A DNA stretch of 56,138 bases, counting the filler, from Sphacelaria rigidula (lineage: Eukaryota): assembly GCA_964200075.2 (NCBI GenBank). It is 4 parts of 4 records of this genome, joined end to end, with 100 filler letters (N's around TTAATTAATTAA, not from the genome) between each part and the next. Parts side by side here need not be neighbours in the genome. Positions count along the whole stretch, not along the records: positions 14,061 to 28,020 come from CAXNAA020002549.1; positions 28,121 to 42,080 come from CAXNAA020002550.1; 2 more parts are not named here. One strand, given 5' to 3'. Positions 19,584 through 32,930 of this stretch are shown piece by piece. The translations under genes were made by a program, and so were the position numbers. Every line of letters begins with the position of its first letter. Position 1 is the first letter of the stretch. The notes under the pieces were generated by a model. The model ran no database searches. It saw nothing but the letters and a program-made list of their open reading frames with translations, and was not told the origin of the DNA.

Positions 19584-22500
19584 GGCAGTACCTAAAAGAC
19601 ATTGCCGCCTGACGACCTTGCGGGCCCCGACATATTCTCACGTGTCCTCTATTCCGTACGCGCACGTACAGTACAGCACAAACAGCACGTTGCGGTGCAG
19701 ACGGTATTGCACCGTACTTGAGGGTGTCTGTGCAAAGCATCGTACAGTCAGTACACTAAATCCGTCTCACGCTTCGCCCGCCAACCTTTGAAGTTGTGCT
19801 GTACTAAACAATGGTGGTGTGGTACCGACTGAGCAAGTTGTTGGCTCATGACCTACAGCAACAGTAGGGCCACGCACGCTCCCGTACACACAAACCACTG
19901 CTCGAAGTAGGTGAAGGTGGCAATATCAGAGCAACCTGATTGTGGCATTAATGCTGGAAGCCACAGGAGAGCTACGGGTATTGTGTTACTGTAATGTATA
20001 CATCCGCAAAAACAATTCTGTTTTCCTATATTCTTCTCGCACACGTCACACCATTCAAGTTTCTCCAGCTTTGCTGGCGTGTTTTTGAGTACGCAAGTAT
20101 CCCGAATACGTCATGGCAAAAACTGCAATCGGGAAATCCACCGAGCCGATTCTTGTGCTGCTTGGTTTGTTCTGATATGCAAACGACTACTAGGGGGCAC
20201 ATATAAGCCACTCTACATGATTGGCCAGAAAAAAAAGGCGCAAATATAGGGCGAACGCTCACCAGGGTTGGGGGATAAAAAAGAAAATGAAAAATGCTCA
20301 AGAAGTTCGAGTGGAACTTCCGTCGTTTCCGATTGTACTTGCTCACTCTCAGTTCCGCTAGTAGACCCAAGCGGCTAGAGCCGGAGTTCCACGAGTTCAA
20401 ATATGCATTCCTAGACCTATTTCCTGTGACGGCCTTGGCTTAAGTGCACAATCGAAGCACACTATTTCACTCTACAGATGCTCTGCTCGATTGCGCGCAT
20501 GGAGCCACACCTATACAATGAAAACATGGTACTCCGCCGAAGGTCGAGGGGTTCGATTTCTGACTTGATGATTTCGGGGCCGAGGTGGACGTCTGCGGTC
20601 AAGGGCTTGTTGTAAAGGTCACGTTCACACGCTACACGCCTTCCTTGTTGTCCCTATCTATGAGCATGATAGAAGCGCACTTCTTCACACTACGTTCACC
20701 AATCCATCATTGCCGACGCGGGTCTGCGGACAAATTTGAACTCTTTTTGAAGCGACGAATTTCAAGGGGAGAGGGTTTTGGATTTTAGGGTGGCCACAAA
20801 CGTTCGGACGTCCGGTGAGCATGCAATGGCTTGCATCCCTTACAATTAAATTCATGACATAGGATGTGCAAGCTACACGCGGGGACATACATTATTTCTC
20901 ACGTTCGTGCTCGTTAGGTTCAAGAATCGCGTGCTTTGTGCGGCGTATTGTGCGTACAACGTAGATGAATCTCCAATGGTGCTTCAGATCAGGTCATACG
21001 GAGACGACATAAGAAGAACGTCATAACTCTTTTTTACGGCTTGCACTATATGACAGTCTTCCAAGCGAAGGATTTCCACGCGGCACTTGTCTCTCCGCAT
21101 GTCGTGGATAAGGGCTAGTAGTGCGTAGTTGGACTCCCAGATCAGCCCGATTTCTCACACCTGTGGTCACAGACGTAGGCTCGCCTCTCCCGTACCTTTT
21201 CTACTATTCCTTACATAATACTCCAAGACGAACGAAACTAAAACAAGAGGAGCGAGACGACGAGAGAACAAAATAGGGGGGAAAAAATCCCTGGACTTGG
21301 TCGGGGTGCGGTAGAAAGTACAATCAGATCTGCCAGTAAAGTAGAAAGAGGTATTTCTGTGCTGAAACACTCGGAAATATGAAATATGGACCTGCTCAAC
21401 AACGTGGTCCCCAGTCGCTGCAGCCCTTGTACGTGGGGACGTGTGTCGCGAGTGCGCCGCCCCACATCGCTCCCACCAGTCTAATCGAGTGTTTGTTTTG
21501 GACAATTACATTAAGTGAAACGGTTCGTCGGAGGCGTCGTCTAATGTACACTTTTCGTTACAGCGATCAAAGGTTTTATTATTAAAAATTTGGTCCCACG
21601 CTGTATAAAACAATCTGTGTCTTATCATACCATCTATTCTGCAATGCAGTATACTACACACCTTTCCGTACATGTTGGTGCATCAGCGGGGGTCACACAG
21701 GATGAAGGTCAACATTTGAGTTATTTTCTTTATTCATTTGTAGCACTCCACCTTCCCTCCGCGGTGCTTGCCTTCCTTTTATCGTGAGAAAGGTTCAGCG
21801 GTCTCTTTCCCCCGTCAAGAGTGAAGTCGAAGTTTGTGTACCCACGACGAGAGGTGGGCACCGTTGAAAGAAGAACCGATTATAACCGGTTCTTGGAAAC
21901 CCTGGTAGGCGTTTACCGGTTTCGGTTCCGAAAAAATGGGGGTTATTAACCCAGTTAAAAGCGGTGAACCGGTTCAAACAGGAAAGGAGGCGTTATTCCG
22001 GCGTTTAAATCTTTCAATTATTTTGAGCGTACGTGGTGCCATCATCGCAGGGATTGTTGACTCGTACCTGAGCCAGGCATCGTTTATTCGACTCTCACCT
22101 CCGTGATATTTCGCGAAGAGTTGTCAAGTGTTGGTGTTTGAGTGGCAATGCCACACAGAGTAACGTAAGACTATGCATTTTCCAGTGTATTTCTTTCATC
22201 TGAGATTTTCTTTCGCATCATGCCCAGTAGTGGAGAATGACTTTGGCGTGGGTAGAGGTGAGCACCCGCGTCGCATCATAGTTGTACGTAGCGATGTTCA
22301 AAGATTTAACAACACAAAGCTGTGTGGTTGGTCTGAGGCCCGGTCTCTGAAGGTTCGAGTAATAACATAAACGAGCTAGGGGTTGGAAAACGCCCGAAGA
22401 TATGGAATGTCGCACACCCTTGACAGTAGATTGCATCGTCAAAAAGTGTGCTGCGTACAGTATCAACTATTGCGTCTACTGCAATGGACAACACATTCCA

Positions 22501-25095
22501 TACCGTACGCAGTACATTTTAAGACAGTGTAATCTATTGCCCAGGGTATGACATGTTGAGTGTCGTCACTGTGGATGCTGCTACGAGTAGCCAAGAGAGA
22601 AACTGTCAAGTTATATCGTACCGTGTGAGTTACCGGTGTCGAACGTCAGCCAGTGATTCTGTTCCGGAGTGAGGTCTGGCTCTCAACAGATTGAGAGACG
22701 TTCTTCATTAGCATGTGTCTAGCTCTTCAATAGAAAACCAGTACGTCAACAAATCGACCATGCTACACGATAAATACGAAATAGTTTCCGCGAGCTGCAA
22801 CGGTTGCTGAGAGCGATAGGGCCTGTTGTCTGCTGGTCCGCAGTCATAAAAATACCGCTGTCTGTTGTGCTCCTCTGTGCTGCTTGGTCCACGGTCAGTA
22901 GTGGAACGAGCATTCAAGGTTTTCAGCAGTACAGGAGCGGTGAATGTCGTGAGCGCACACAGTAGGCAGCAGATGGACAGTACCTGACAGCATGATTACG
23001 CGGCGACCCGTTGTTGGCAATCAGTGGGGCTGGCGAAGAGTTTGTCTGTGGTAGAGAAGTCATATGTGTCTCGATATCGCCTCTGAGTGCGTTTATGTTG
23101 TGGCGTATCCACCCCGCATAAGGCAGGTGCAACGCCGCACCCGTTACTGCACGTCTGTACTGTCTGTTGGGTACACTGTTGTAGTGCACTTTGAACATCA
23201 ACGGGGACGACTGAAGTGCGATGACTGCATCATTTATGACTTCCACTTCAAAAATGATCGACATCGAACGATGAAACGGACGAGTATACACCACGGTACA
23301 TTAGACGCATACTCACCGCATCGCCGGCAGCTTCAACAGGGCAACTTTTAACGAGTATAACTGACGTCGTCTGGGAACTTGCCATTTTCCGGTATTAACA
23401 ATCTGGTGTTATTTTCCATCTCGCCGTGTTGTTCTGCTGTCTTTCTCAGGTGAGCGATTGCATCAGCACATAGGACAAGACACCTAGACTTATTGAAATA
23501 CTCCACACCGCTAGTACACGTTGGGCGCTAGAGAACAAGCCACTTGCCGCGGCAGTTCCGAGAGAGCAGTCAGATGGAGCCCCTCCAGGACCTACCGGCA
23601 GGATCATTGCCTGCCGGGTGGTCTACTGCTGCGGGAGCCGGCAGCCGAGATCCCGAGCAAGCCCAGCGTCAGGCGCAGCAGGTACTTGGTCGTATATGTT
23701 ATGTGTGAGAGCACATCGATTGGGCGGTGCGTTTTGATACCTTAGATGTTGATATCGCATACTCCGCGCAGAGAGAATGATTACGGTCAGTACAGAGCAG
23801 GCAACCATACTGGAACCTGGGGGGCAAGCGCCACTCGTACTGGTTCCATGCTCTAAGTGGATATGGTGACTTGCAGCTGGCGTACCACCTGAACCCCTGA
23901 CGCTAAACGGTGGGAAATTTCTCTGTCGCGGTTGCTTATGCAGTGAGAGTCATCAACGTTTCAAAATTGAATAATTCGGGACTAGAGGTTCCGCTCCTCT
24001 GAAGTTGAAGTCACGGAAATAGTGCAACTACGCTCAATACCACCCCGGGTGCGACGGGTCTGATTCATGTTTGATGAATAAACCTCATCGGGGCGTTTCA
24101 GAGGAGTGTGAAGATGCTCCAAACTCGGCTTATTGCCTTCAGGATTTGATATGAACCTGCATCCCAACAGATGATGCCTTTGTGCTTCTCCTGCTTAGCT
24201 GAGAGAACCACTGGCTCTTGTAGGTGGGTGGGCAGACCGTAATTTTTTCTCATCACCACGTTGCACAGCAGATGAAATTACTTCAATTGGGTTGGGGTCA
24301 CAAGTGACCTCGGTCACCTGGGTCTTGGCTTCATTTTCCGAGTAAACGTAATGCTGGTTCAAAAGATGGCTCATCCTGCAAATGCAGGAACTCCAAAATG
24401 TGAGAAATCTGGCACATACAGCATTGAACCCAACTGAGTATCGCGGCACAATGCCCATACATGAGGGTAGATTTTTGCAGTGGAATATGAAATTCAACCA
24501 ATCAGAGGCCCTTCAGTGAGTAATCGGCGGAATCGAGCGCCAGTGGAATTTGACCTTCGTAGTGAAGTATGAATTATGTAGTGAAAAATGCTTGTGCTTG
24601 GCTCGCACACTCGAGTCACACCTGTGGTGTAACGAGCTGGGCCGCCTAAGAAGCTCACTTTTCTTCAGCCCGTTCTAAGTGATGATATATTGCAAGTTCT
24701 GCCTACTGTGACATATCGTGGTAATCGGCACATAAGCGCGCGTCTTCAAACCCATGTAGCATTGCGATCCGACAAGGTCTCATCAAACGAAATGCCAAAT
24801 TGTAGTCAAGTGCCGAAGTGTAGAGAGTTGAGGATACCATGTGCGGCGGATTTGCCAAAAAACCCGACTGGAATTGGATTCTCGGTTTCAGTCGGTTGTG
24901 CCGCGTGGTGCCGCACAAGTTGCGATTGCATAACAACGCATGTCAAAATAGGCGCGCAGTCTTTGAGATGGCGCGCAGACGAGGCTCCCAGCGCGCCAAG
25001 GCGTCTGGTAGAAGTTTACGAACCAACGAGCAGTTTGTGACGACCTCTGAGCCGAAAGTAGAAGGGAGGTCGATTTCGAGAGAATGATGTGATTT

Positions 25096-25505
25096 CCGAG
25101 CTCAATTTTGAGTCTTTTTCGATTAACTTTTGACACAATGGACAGGACGTATGTGCAAAGACCCCTTCGTTCCTCCCGTGTTTTTTTTTTCATGAGTCAT
25201 TGGCGACGGAGCGTTTTGGGACAATTTTTCGGAATCACTATAGGAACCGATTTTCGACAGAATGACGCGATTCGTGATAAAATTTTGACATGTACAGAAC
25301 TCATGTGCGAAGACTTATCCTTATCCCCGTGTCTTTTTTCGTGAATTATTGGGGGGACGAAATATTTCAAAACAGTTTTTTCGAAACAAATTGTCAATAT
25401 CTCACGAAAAAAAAAGGACACGGGGGGTAAGGCGGAGTCTTCGCACATACGTCTTGTACATCGTGTCAAAATGTTATCGAAAACGACTCAAAATCAAGCT
25501 CAGGG
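25096..25505. mobile_element. MITE/foldback element with ~100-bp imperfect terminal inverted repeats
   Basis: Left end CCGAGCTCAATTTTGAGTCTTTTTCGATTAACTTTTGACACAATGGACAGGACGTATGTGC matches the reverse complement of the right end (CCTGAGCTTGATTTTGAGTCGTTTTCGATAACATTTTGACACGATGTACAAGACGTATGTGC). A third partial copy lies at ~25275-25343. No clear TSD. Confidence 0.75.
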
Positions 25506-26832
25506 TTCGCGTGTCAACATTCCTGTTCGCATCTTGGGCGGCCCAGCTTGTACGTACTACAGTACAGGAGTGAGCAGTAGCGCCCGGGACGCATAGGGCA
25601 GCAGCAGAGAAATGGAGCTGCAAGCAGACAAGTAGACAGCGAGTGGCACATTGCCGGCGCAGAGAGTGATTGCGACGCTTGTGTATCGGTATATCCCCAT
25701 CTTGGTATGGCTGGTGATGTCTTTCCATGGCCGCCAGCGCTGGCGCCGATGCCAGCGGTAGTGGCTGCTATGCAGTATACCCGCACTATGTTGTGGATTG
25801 CTTCTTGCATCAGAGCACGGAGGCTGGTCCAGCCGGTCGAGCGGTGTATACCGGCGCTGTTTTTGTGACTTTACTCAGCCATGTTCGGTATCGCGCAAAT
25901 GGTGAGTATGGGTGACATGAGGTTTCAGCAGACAGTATAGTGTGTAGACATCACTGCGTCCCGACTGATACTATATTTTACAGAGACGAACACAGCAATA
26001 CAGCAGCTCAGGCAATCTCGCCGGAGACCAAACCGTCTTCGCAAGATCTAAACACACCACAGAATAGTAGTGATGGCTGCAACACATGAGAGCAGACGTG
26101 AGTGTGTCTGTGCTGCAGTACAGTGAAACAGGGCATGTCCCCTGTTTTAGTTCTTCCCCTGATTTCAAACGGGTCGTCAGCGTTTACCGGGTGCCGATCT
26201 TGAACGCTCGGCCATGATTGCCTTCGCGCAAATAATTTCATTTGCAACGAAATCATCCCCATGTATGGGTCCTGTGCCAGTATCGCTGACCTAGCCATTA
26301 TTGGAATCTCTCGAATTTCGGCTTCACCTTTACCGTCTTCTTGGCCCTTGTATGCCGTCTCGTGCGGCGCGTTTCAATATGCGAGGCGTGTATAGTCTGT
26401 TTGTGTACCTACGGGCGATTCCTACGAGTATAAATTGTATGTGCCGAGTGCAGGAGCTCACGACTATATATGCCGAGATTGTGTGGACAACAGGTGTGTA
26501 TACTGTACTGACTGTGCCATATAGGTGTATTTGGCATTCCCTTGTAGATGTTCTTCAATCACAATTCAGCAAGCCACGCAACGCGGCAGCACCACTGGTG
26601 TCCTTGAACTCAGAAGAGCATTTAGATCGACAGTTTCATGCGACTGACGCCATCGACCGCACTTCCGTGATACCTACGCTCATATTCCCCAGATCACTGG
26701 CGGAATCCCTGAACGAAGCAAACCTCGATTATTGTTTTGCCGAGACTTGGGTCATTCAAAGCACCACCAACTTTGCCATGTTCCTATCGCTTCCGTGCGG
26801 TTCCTTCGGTCCTTTTCTCGTTTTTTTATCAG

Positions 26833-26914
26833 GAGCAGCAGGAGCAGGAACGACGAAAGCATATTCTCGATCAGATTATGACGGTGGAGGCTCGGCTGCG
26901 CTTGAGCAATATTG
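26833..26914 (+). CDS. PDCD5: Internal exon of a programmed cell death protein 5 homologue
   Basis: TTTTTTTATCAG| acceptor and |GTACGT donor. Translation EQQEQERRKHILDQIMTVEARLRLSNI matches the PDCD5 ExRxxILxQxLxxxARxRLxxI helix. Other exons not located. Confidence 0.75.
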
Positions 26915-28020
26915 GTACGTGCAAAACGCGTCTCGTCGCCCTCCTTCTGTCCGAGAATGATGCAGCTTCTCATATTGCCGGAAGTAACTTGTTGCACCGT
27001 GCCGTATCTCGAATGGTCCACGGGGTACGCGTAACATGTGCTTGCAAAGTCCCAACGCGGCCAATGTCGTGTGAGTTATGTGTTGAACCACGAGATGAAG
27101 GATTTTCTAGGAACAAGGTACCGTGCGGGGGGGGTTAACTATCACCTATCTGTAGTGTGTGTTTTTTTCATAGTGATTTAATATAAGTGGTGCGAATCGA
27201 ATAATTGCGCAATTTTTTGGGGAAGATGGCATGCACTCGGTCGAAGATATCTCCAAGTAGAGGGATACCACAGCGTGATGGAAGACATCACGTGATAGAT
27301 CATGCCGCGGGGTAGCTGCGAAGCGTTGCCGACAGGGGAAAGGCGACCGTGTCGTCGAGCACAGTGTGGTGAACGAAGTCGAACAAGACATGACGAAGCC
27401 CCTGCGGCAAGGTGAACGCTTGTCGTGCGGTCAACGCTCCCAAGCGGCGGATGCGGGTCACTACAGTAGAAAATTACACTTGAATATGCTTGAGAGGAAC
27501 CATTGCTTAGTAACTGCAGTTACGGAATGGCAATCGGAGGTAAGGGACGAAAACCGGGCCGTTACGTTACCGCTGTCAGGGGGTCCCCCGAGAGCAGCTG
27601 GCTCTATTTGCAAGGCACAAATTGAGCAGGCACGTGCGTCGTCGTGTAGGCATGCCCGGAGCTGCAGTTGGCGGTATTTTGTGGTACAGTTTGTGGGGTT
27701 AGCCGAACCCGCAAAAATAATCATCTTCATCACGTCTACGGTAGCTGACGAAAGGCGATTCGGGCGCATAGTGGGTGGAGCGATCTGTCTCAGACAAGCG
27801 GCGGGATTTCTCAGGTAAGAACGACCCCACCCAGCTATGTCTTACTCTGCTCGCCGGCATGACTACGTTTCCGGGGCAGCACCCTCGGCGGCAAAGGCCG
27901 GCTGAACAACGACCTGTGATAGTTGAGCAACGGGACTGGGCATTTCGAAGAAAAGAAAGCAGTGCACAGAGTACACATTTCGAACGGGTTGGGGGTGACG
28001 GTCGTTGGCTGTCACGTACA

Positions 28021-28120
28021 NNNNNNNNNNNNNNNNNNNNNNNNNNNNNNNNNNNNNNNNNNNNTTAATTAATTAANNNNNNNNNNNNNNNNNNNNNNNN
28101 NNNNNNNNNNNNNNNNNNNN
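28021..28120. other. Artificial contig linker
   Basis: N44-TTAATTAATTAA-N44. Confidence 0.98.
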
Positions 28121-28533
28121 GCTGAAAGTGTGGGGAAAGCACTGTTTTAGGCTTGAACCTCATCTCGGAGTTAAACCTCAATTCGCACAATTCCGACTCA
28201 TCCCTCTCCAGTGTTGAACGACGCTCACACTGTACTACAATACAAACGATATCACTCTTGAGATCACCGTCAAATCATATTTTGGTCGGTCGAGATTCAT
28301 CGTGATCTGGCTGGCCCATATCATGAAAAAAATATCCAAACATCCAGCCTTCGTTCGCCGACAAACAAACACCACGGGACGAAAAACGGGTTTGAGCATT
28401 CGTAGTGTGCTACGTCAAACGAACGTCCGGTCTGAGAAGATAGTTTTAGGGGGTATGTTGGGCACCAGGGACGGGCTTTGTGGTAAAGTGCACCGTGGGT
28501 CAAGGCACGCCTGTGTGGGATTGCTCGGCCAGC

Positions 28534-31500
28534 ATGGGCAAGGATGAATTAGAAAGTCCAGCTTCCACTGTTGAAAATGAGACTACCGAGATGGTGGAGG
28601 AAGTAGGGGACAAAATTGAAGAGAAGGCGAAGGATATTTCTGCTTCTGCTGGGGATACAGTCACTAGCAGCATTGCTTCCGCCAAGAGCTCTGCAAGCGA
28701 TGCCCTGGAGCAGGCTAAGGAGTTGGGAGGAAGTGCAACTGGAGTAATAAGGGAGGGCTTTGGTGCCATGGGAAAGTGGAAAGATGAAGGTGTGTCTATG
28801 TAGAAATGCATTGAAGTGCCCGGATGGTTGAGCCTCTAAGGCGCGGAATACGTACATCTGTATAGCCCTTGCCAACACCGATCGCCGGCACAGTAGTTAG
28901 CTCCTGCAGTGTAGTACTTGCCTGTATCGGACACTAACGCGGGTTTCAACCCGAAAACTGAAGACTCCCCTGGAGACAACGGTATGTCATAAATGGAGAT
29001 GTAAACCACCACAGCTTCTGGGTACAGCTGGTGCAAATGCACATGGCATAGGACCCCGCAGTATGACGTCTTGTCTGCTAGGCTGGCTCGCAGCAAAATG
29101 TACACTTCCGAAACGTGCAGTATACAAAACGGACGATCGGGCAAGACACAGTTTTTCTCACGAGTCTGTTCAACGAGTAGTCTGTACGTGTAAAGATGCT
29201 GTAGTACTGACTGTGTAGTTTGTACGGCGTACAACATGGCCATTGCTGCTCCTGTACGCTACGGGTACCAGTACCTGGTAGGTGATACGTCGCGCTTCTC
29301 AGTCTACTGTACTGGTTTTGAAATGCAGGTTGTAGCACGTTCATTCTGCTGTTTCCCCCCGCAAAATCGCTCGCTGTTTTGGAGGGTAGGCACGCCGCTG
29401 AGAGAAGTCATCAAGACGGGAAGGGTGGGACTCAACGATGTACTGGTCAGCGCGCGTACCCAGTATGCCGGGTTAGAGGAATCTGTTCAAGACAAGCTCG
29501 CAACGTCGAAAGCACACACAGAGGCGATGCTGGGCAACCTGGGAAGTGAGTGCCCGTTTGTCATGAAGAGGTGACCAGGGATACTGTGCTGCAGATGCGT
29601 GCATGTGACCATTCGATGCAGGCTCCTATGGCGCGGTCATTTAGCGCCACGCAGACAAAGGTCTCCTGAACAACGACCACAGTACAGTCGATGGCCCGTT
29701 ATAAGACCGGATGGTGTCAGTCAAAAGATCCGGTCTGATCAAGAATGAGAATGTCGGCCGTACGAAAGTGTGGCCAGCAAAAAGCCGGTTCGGTCTTAAC
29801 CCTTCGACCTCCTGGATTGGCCATCCGAGTAGTGCATTCATTTTTCGAGTGGACGAGATGCTGATTTAGCATCACCATCGATAATGTCGGGTCGGCCTTG
29901 GCTGAGACAGTACAGTACATGAGCTGAAAACCACCGGCCACGACGGGACCTGTTTTTTATCACTGCTGGACATTGCGAGTACCCGATCGACGAACATAAT
30001 TCGAACAGTGAGCTATAAAATCTGACTAGGAGTAGTCATGTTCTGTTGTTTCGTGATGTGCGTAGCAAGATCCACATAGTCGATTTCCCTCGGAGAGTTT
30101 GGCGCCTCGGAAATGGCGTGTGGAGAAACCTTTCAAAAGGAAATGAGGTGGACGAAGTAGGAAACAACATGTCTCACACAGCTTGCACCTTTTATATGCA
30201 GAAGAGCTTACGCATTTGTCGACTAAAACGTTAATTACTTGACTGTAGAGGGAGCGCCGAAATTCGGGTATAAAGCGGGGCCGACCGTCCCGAGTGCTCC
30301 TAGCATACTCGGAACCCGTTTTTGTCCACGTCTGTTAATGCTCACTTTGCCTAGAGCACCCTCTGCACTGCCCCCTGCCCGACGGTTCTCGTACGCCTTG
30401 GAGTTGGGTTTAGGTTAGGGTTTGAGGGTTAGGGTTAGCGTTCGTTCAAAATCGTAAATATCCGAGAATATCCTGCCAACCGTTTTTACCACGCATGTGT
30501 AAGCAGTGCTCTTTCTACGAAGAACGCTTTCAGCCACCTCACAGTTGAAGGACCACCTTCATTTCCTCTATGGACCAGCGAGCATATGACTATAACATTC
30601 ATAGCATACACGAGGAACCTCCAAACCGACATGAAGGAGGATAGGTCCTTGGTCATGGCCAAAGATTTCCGTAACGTGTGAAAAAAACAGAGGTTGTGGG
30701 CTGGGGGGAAAAGTTATTCAACACCGAACCACGGCGAAACAGCCGAATACTATACAACTGAGATGTTTGCTCACCGGTGGAGCAAGGCATGATCTAGAGC
30801 CCGAGCCCTGTCGTTCTGCTGTTGAGGGCAAATCGTTATCACCAGGCACGTTTGCCTCCTAGGACATGCCGAACCTGTGCTTGAGAACCGCGCTCAGATT
30901 ACGGAAGTTGCAGCTGAACAGGCTTCTGATGGCAGTACCTGACCTCAAGTGTCTGTGCTCCAGTGAAAGCTGACGTTCTGGGCACTACAGTTTTTTGTCG
31001 AGAAAGGCGAAGCCGCGGAAACCGATATCCAAGCCCCAACAAATATTCGATCCTTGCGCACTTCATCATGGCACTTTACCGCATACAGGGCCGACGCTGC
31101 TACATGTACGCTGCTCCACATGAGTCTTATGATAGCGCCACTCGCAAGCGATGGAGTAGGAGTTGTACGCTCGCGAGAGAACAGAGCGTATTGATTGAGC
31201 TAGATTATACCAGTATGAGACATACAGGAGCAACGTGCTCGGACTGAACGGTGAGCAGTATCAGTCCTTGAAACGGAAAGTTTGGCCTTGGCCTGAGGGA
31301 TCGTCTAGCGGCGGGGCGCAAAATGAATGCCAACCTCGGTGACTCTTCGCAAGATATACACAGATGGTGTTCTCGTTGCCGCTCTGTTGAAGCAACCCAT
31401 CATAAAAGAAACGAGGGCTGTATACCTGTAGTGTGAGAGAAACGGTCCGCTTGCACTCACCACCATGAACTATTGCGACCTACCGCTCGAGATATTAGTT

Positions 31501-32930
31501 TCTTGTGATGAGGCTGCTGCTTGGAGCAAGCTTCGCTCGAAATATGTTTTGGGGTGGATTGCCTTCTTTGCGAGACATGATGCCCAGGCGATAAGATCAT
31601 GTCCTTAGCTCTCCCTATGTCAGCAACTCCCAGTGTAAGCGGTCGAATCTGCGGATGTGCAGTACGAGATAATACGCTTGTATCGCACCCTAAAGTATGG
31701 ACTGTCGCCACCTACAGCTCCAGATATTCAATTTTGAGGCTATGGTGTTCATGCCATAGGCAAGGGGCCCCCTAAGTTACACTGAACAGGCTAACTATAA
31801 CGCCCTGTTTTTTCACTACCCACTACACGGAGGAAATACCCCTTTCCGCGCTTACTGTACTGTATCGTACACAATTGATATGTTTGCGTGCACGGTATTA
31901 GAAGAAACTGCAGGAAGCACCCCCCCCCCGCTGCAAAAAGACAAGCACGTGGCTGTGCGATATAAAAATCACTGTTTTCAATGACAAAACGGACAGCATG
32001 ATGGGTGGTCTCTTGTGAGGCCAAGCCAGCCTCAAATACCTCCTACTTCCAAGTCAGGCCGGCGGTAGGTCATGATGTTGTGAAAATTACCGGCATCATG
32101 AAGCGATCGGTCCACGAAGGGTCGGGCCTAGCGGTGAACCACCGGCTGTACTTTGAAATGCCGAGCGTCGTTCTTGTGTAGGTCACGGTACGACGCGATT
32201 TGCTGACGCGACTAATGCTAAGTGTCGAAAGCCAGAACCCTCCAACTACGTTTATATTCGAATGCGGGGTGTAAGATCGCAACAGCGAAGTCGTGTAATC
32301 CAGTTATTGTGGATACATGTGCACTACCCCACACGTATAGTGTGCATCCGCCGCGTTTTGCCGTGTTTGCTGACCCCCAAAATGTTTGAAGGAGAAAATA
32401 AAAACGACAATACCACACAACGCGGGGCCAGCCCACCCCGGGTTCTGCCATTGCTGCGTACTCGGCACCGTGTTTCACCCGGAGAACATCGTTCTATTCA
32501 TATTGGGTCTTCGAAAGTGTCTCGATTTCGCTTCTGCGTGAGTGTAAAACCTCGGCATTTTACCAAGCGCTTGTTGTGGAGGGAATCGCCATTCACGTGT
32601 GCCGACCGCCGTTCGAAGAGTGGCGTCACCGTGGCAAAAACACCGGCGACCAGGTCAGTTCGTAGATTCTGCGCGAGCTCCCATGAAGATGGACAAAACC
32701 TCGAGGAGCAAAATCTAAACACGAAACCTGCATTCAAATCGCATCTAACTATACCGGACATTGGAAACAACGCTCGCTCTTCTCTGCCTCCCTGCCCTAC
32801 CCCGACGCTTCTGCTCTCACCCAACCTCTTTTTGCAGTCGAGTACGACGGCATCGTAGAGTTGCGTCGCAAGCACCCGGAGATGTTGGTGGGCGGAGCAA
32901 CGCTCGCAGTGGCGCTGCCCTCTGTGTTAG
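28534..32930 (+). CDS. Spliced host gene, amphipathic-helical protein with a TM segment; possibly ApoO/MICOS Mic26-27-like (3' exons not located)
   Basis: Phase-1-compatible GT-AG exons 28534-28789, 29390-29545 and 32838-32930 give MGKDELES...WKDEGTPLREVIK...LGNLGIEYDGIVELRRKHPEMLVGGATLAVALPSVL. The gene structure is well supported; the family call is tentative. Confidence 0.7.
30404..30439 (+). repeat. Short degenerate interstitial (TTAGGG)n-like tract
   Basis: TTGGGTTTAGGTTAGGGTTTGAGGGTTAGGGTTAGC. Confidence 0.7.
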
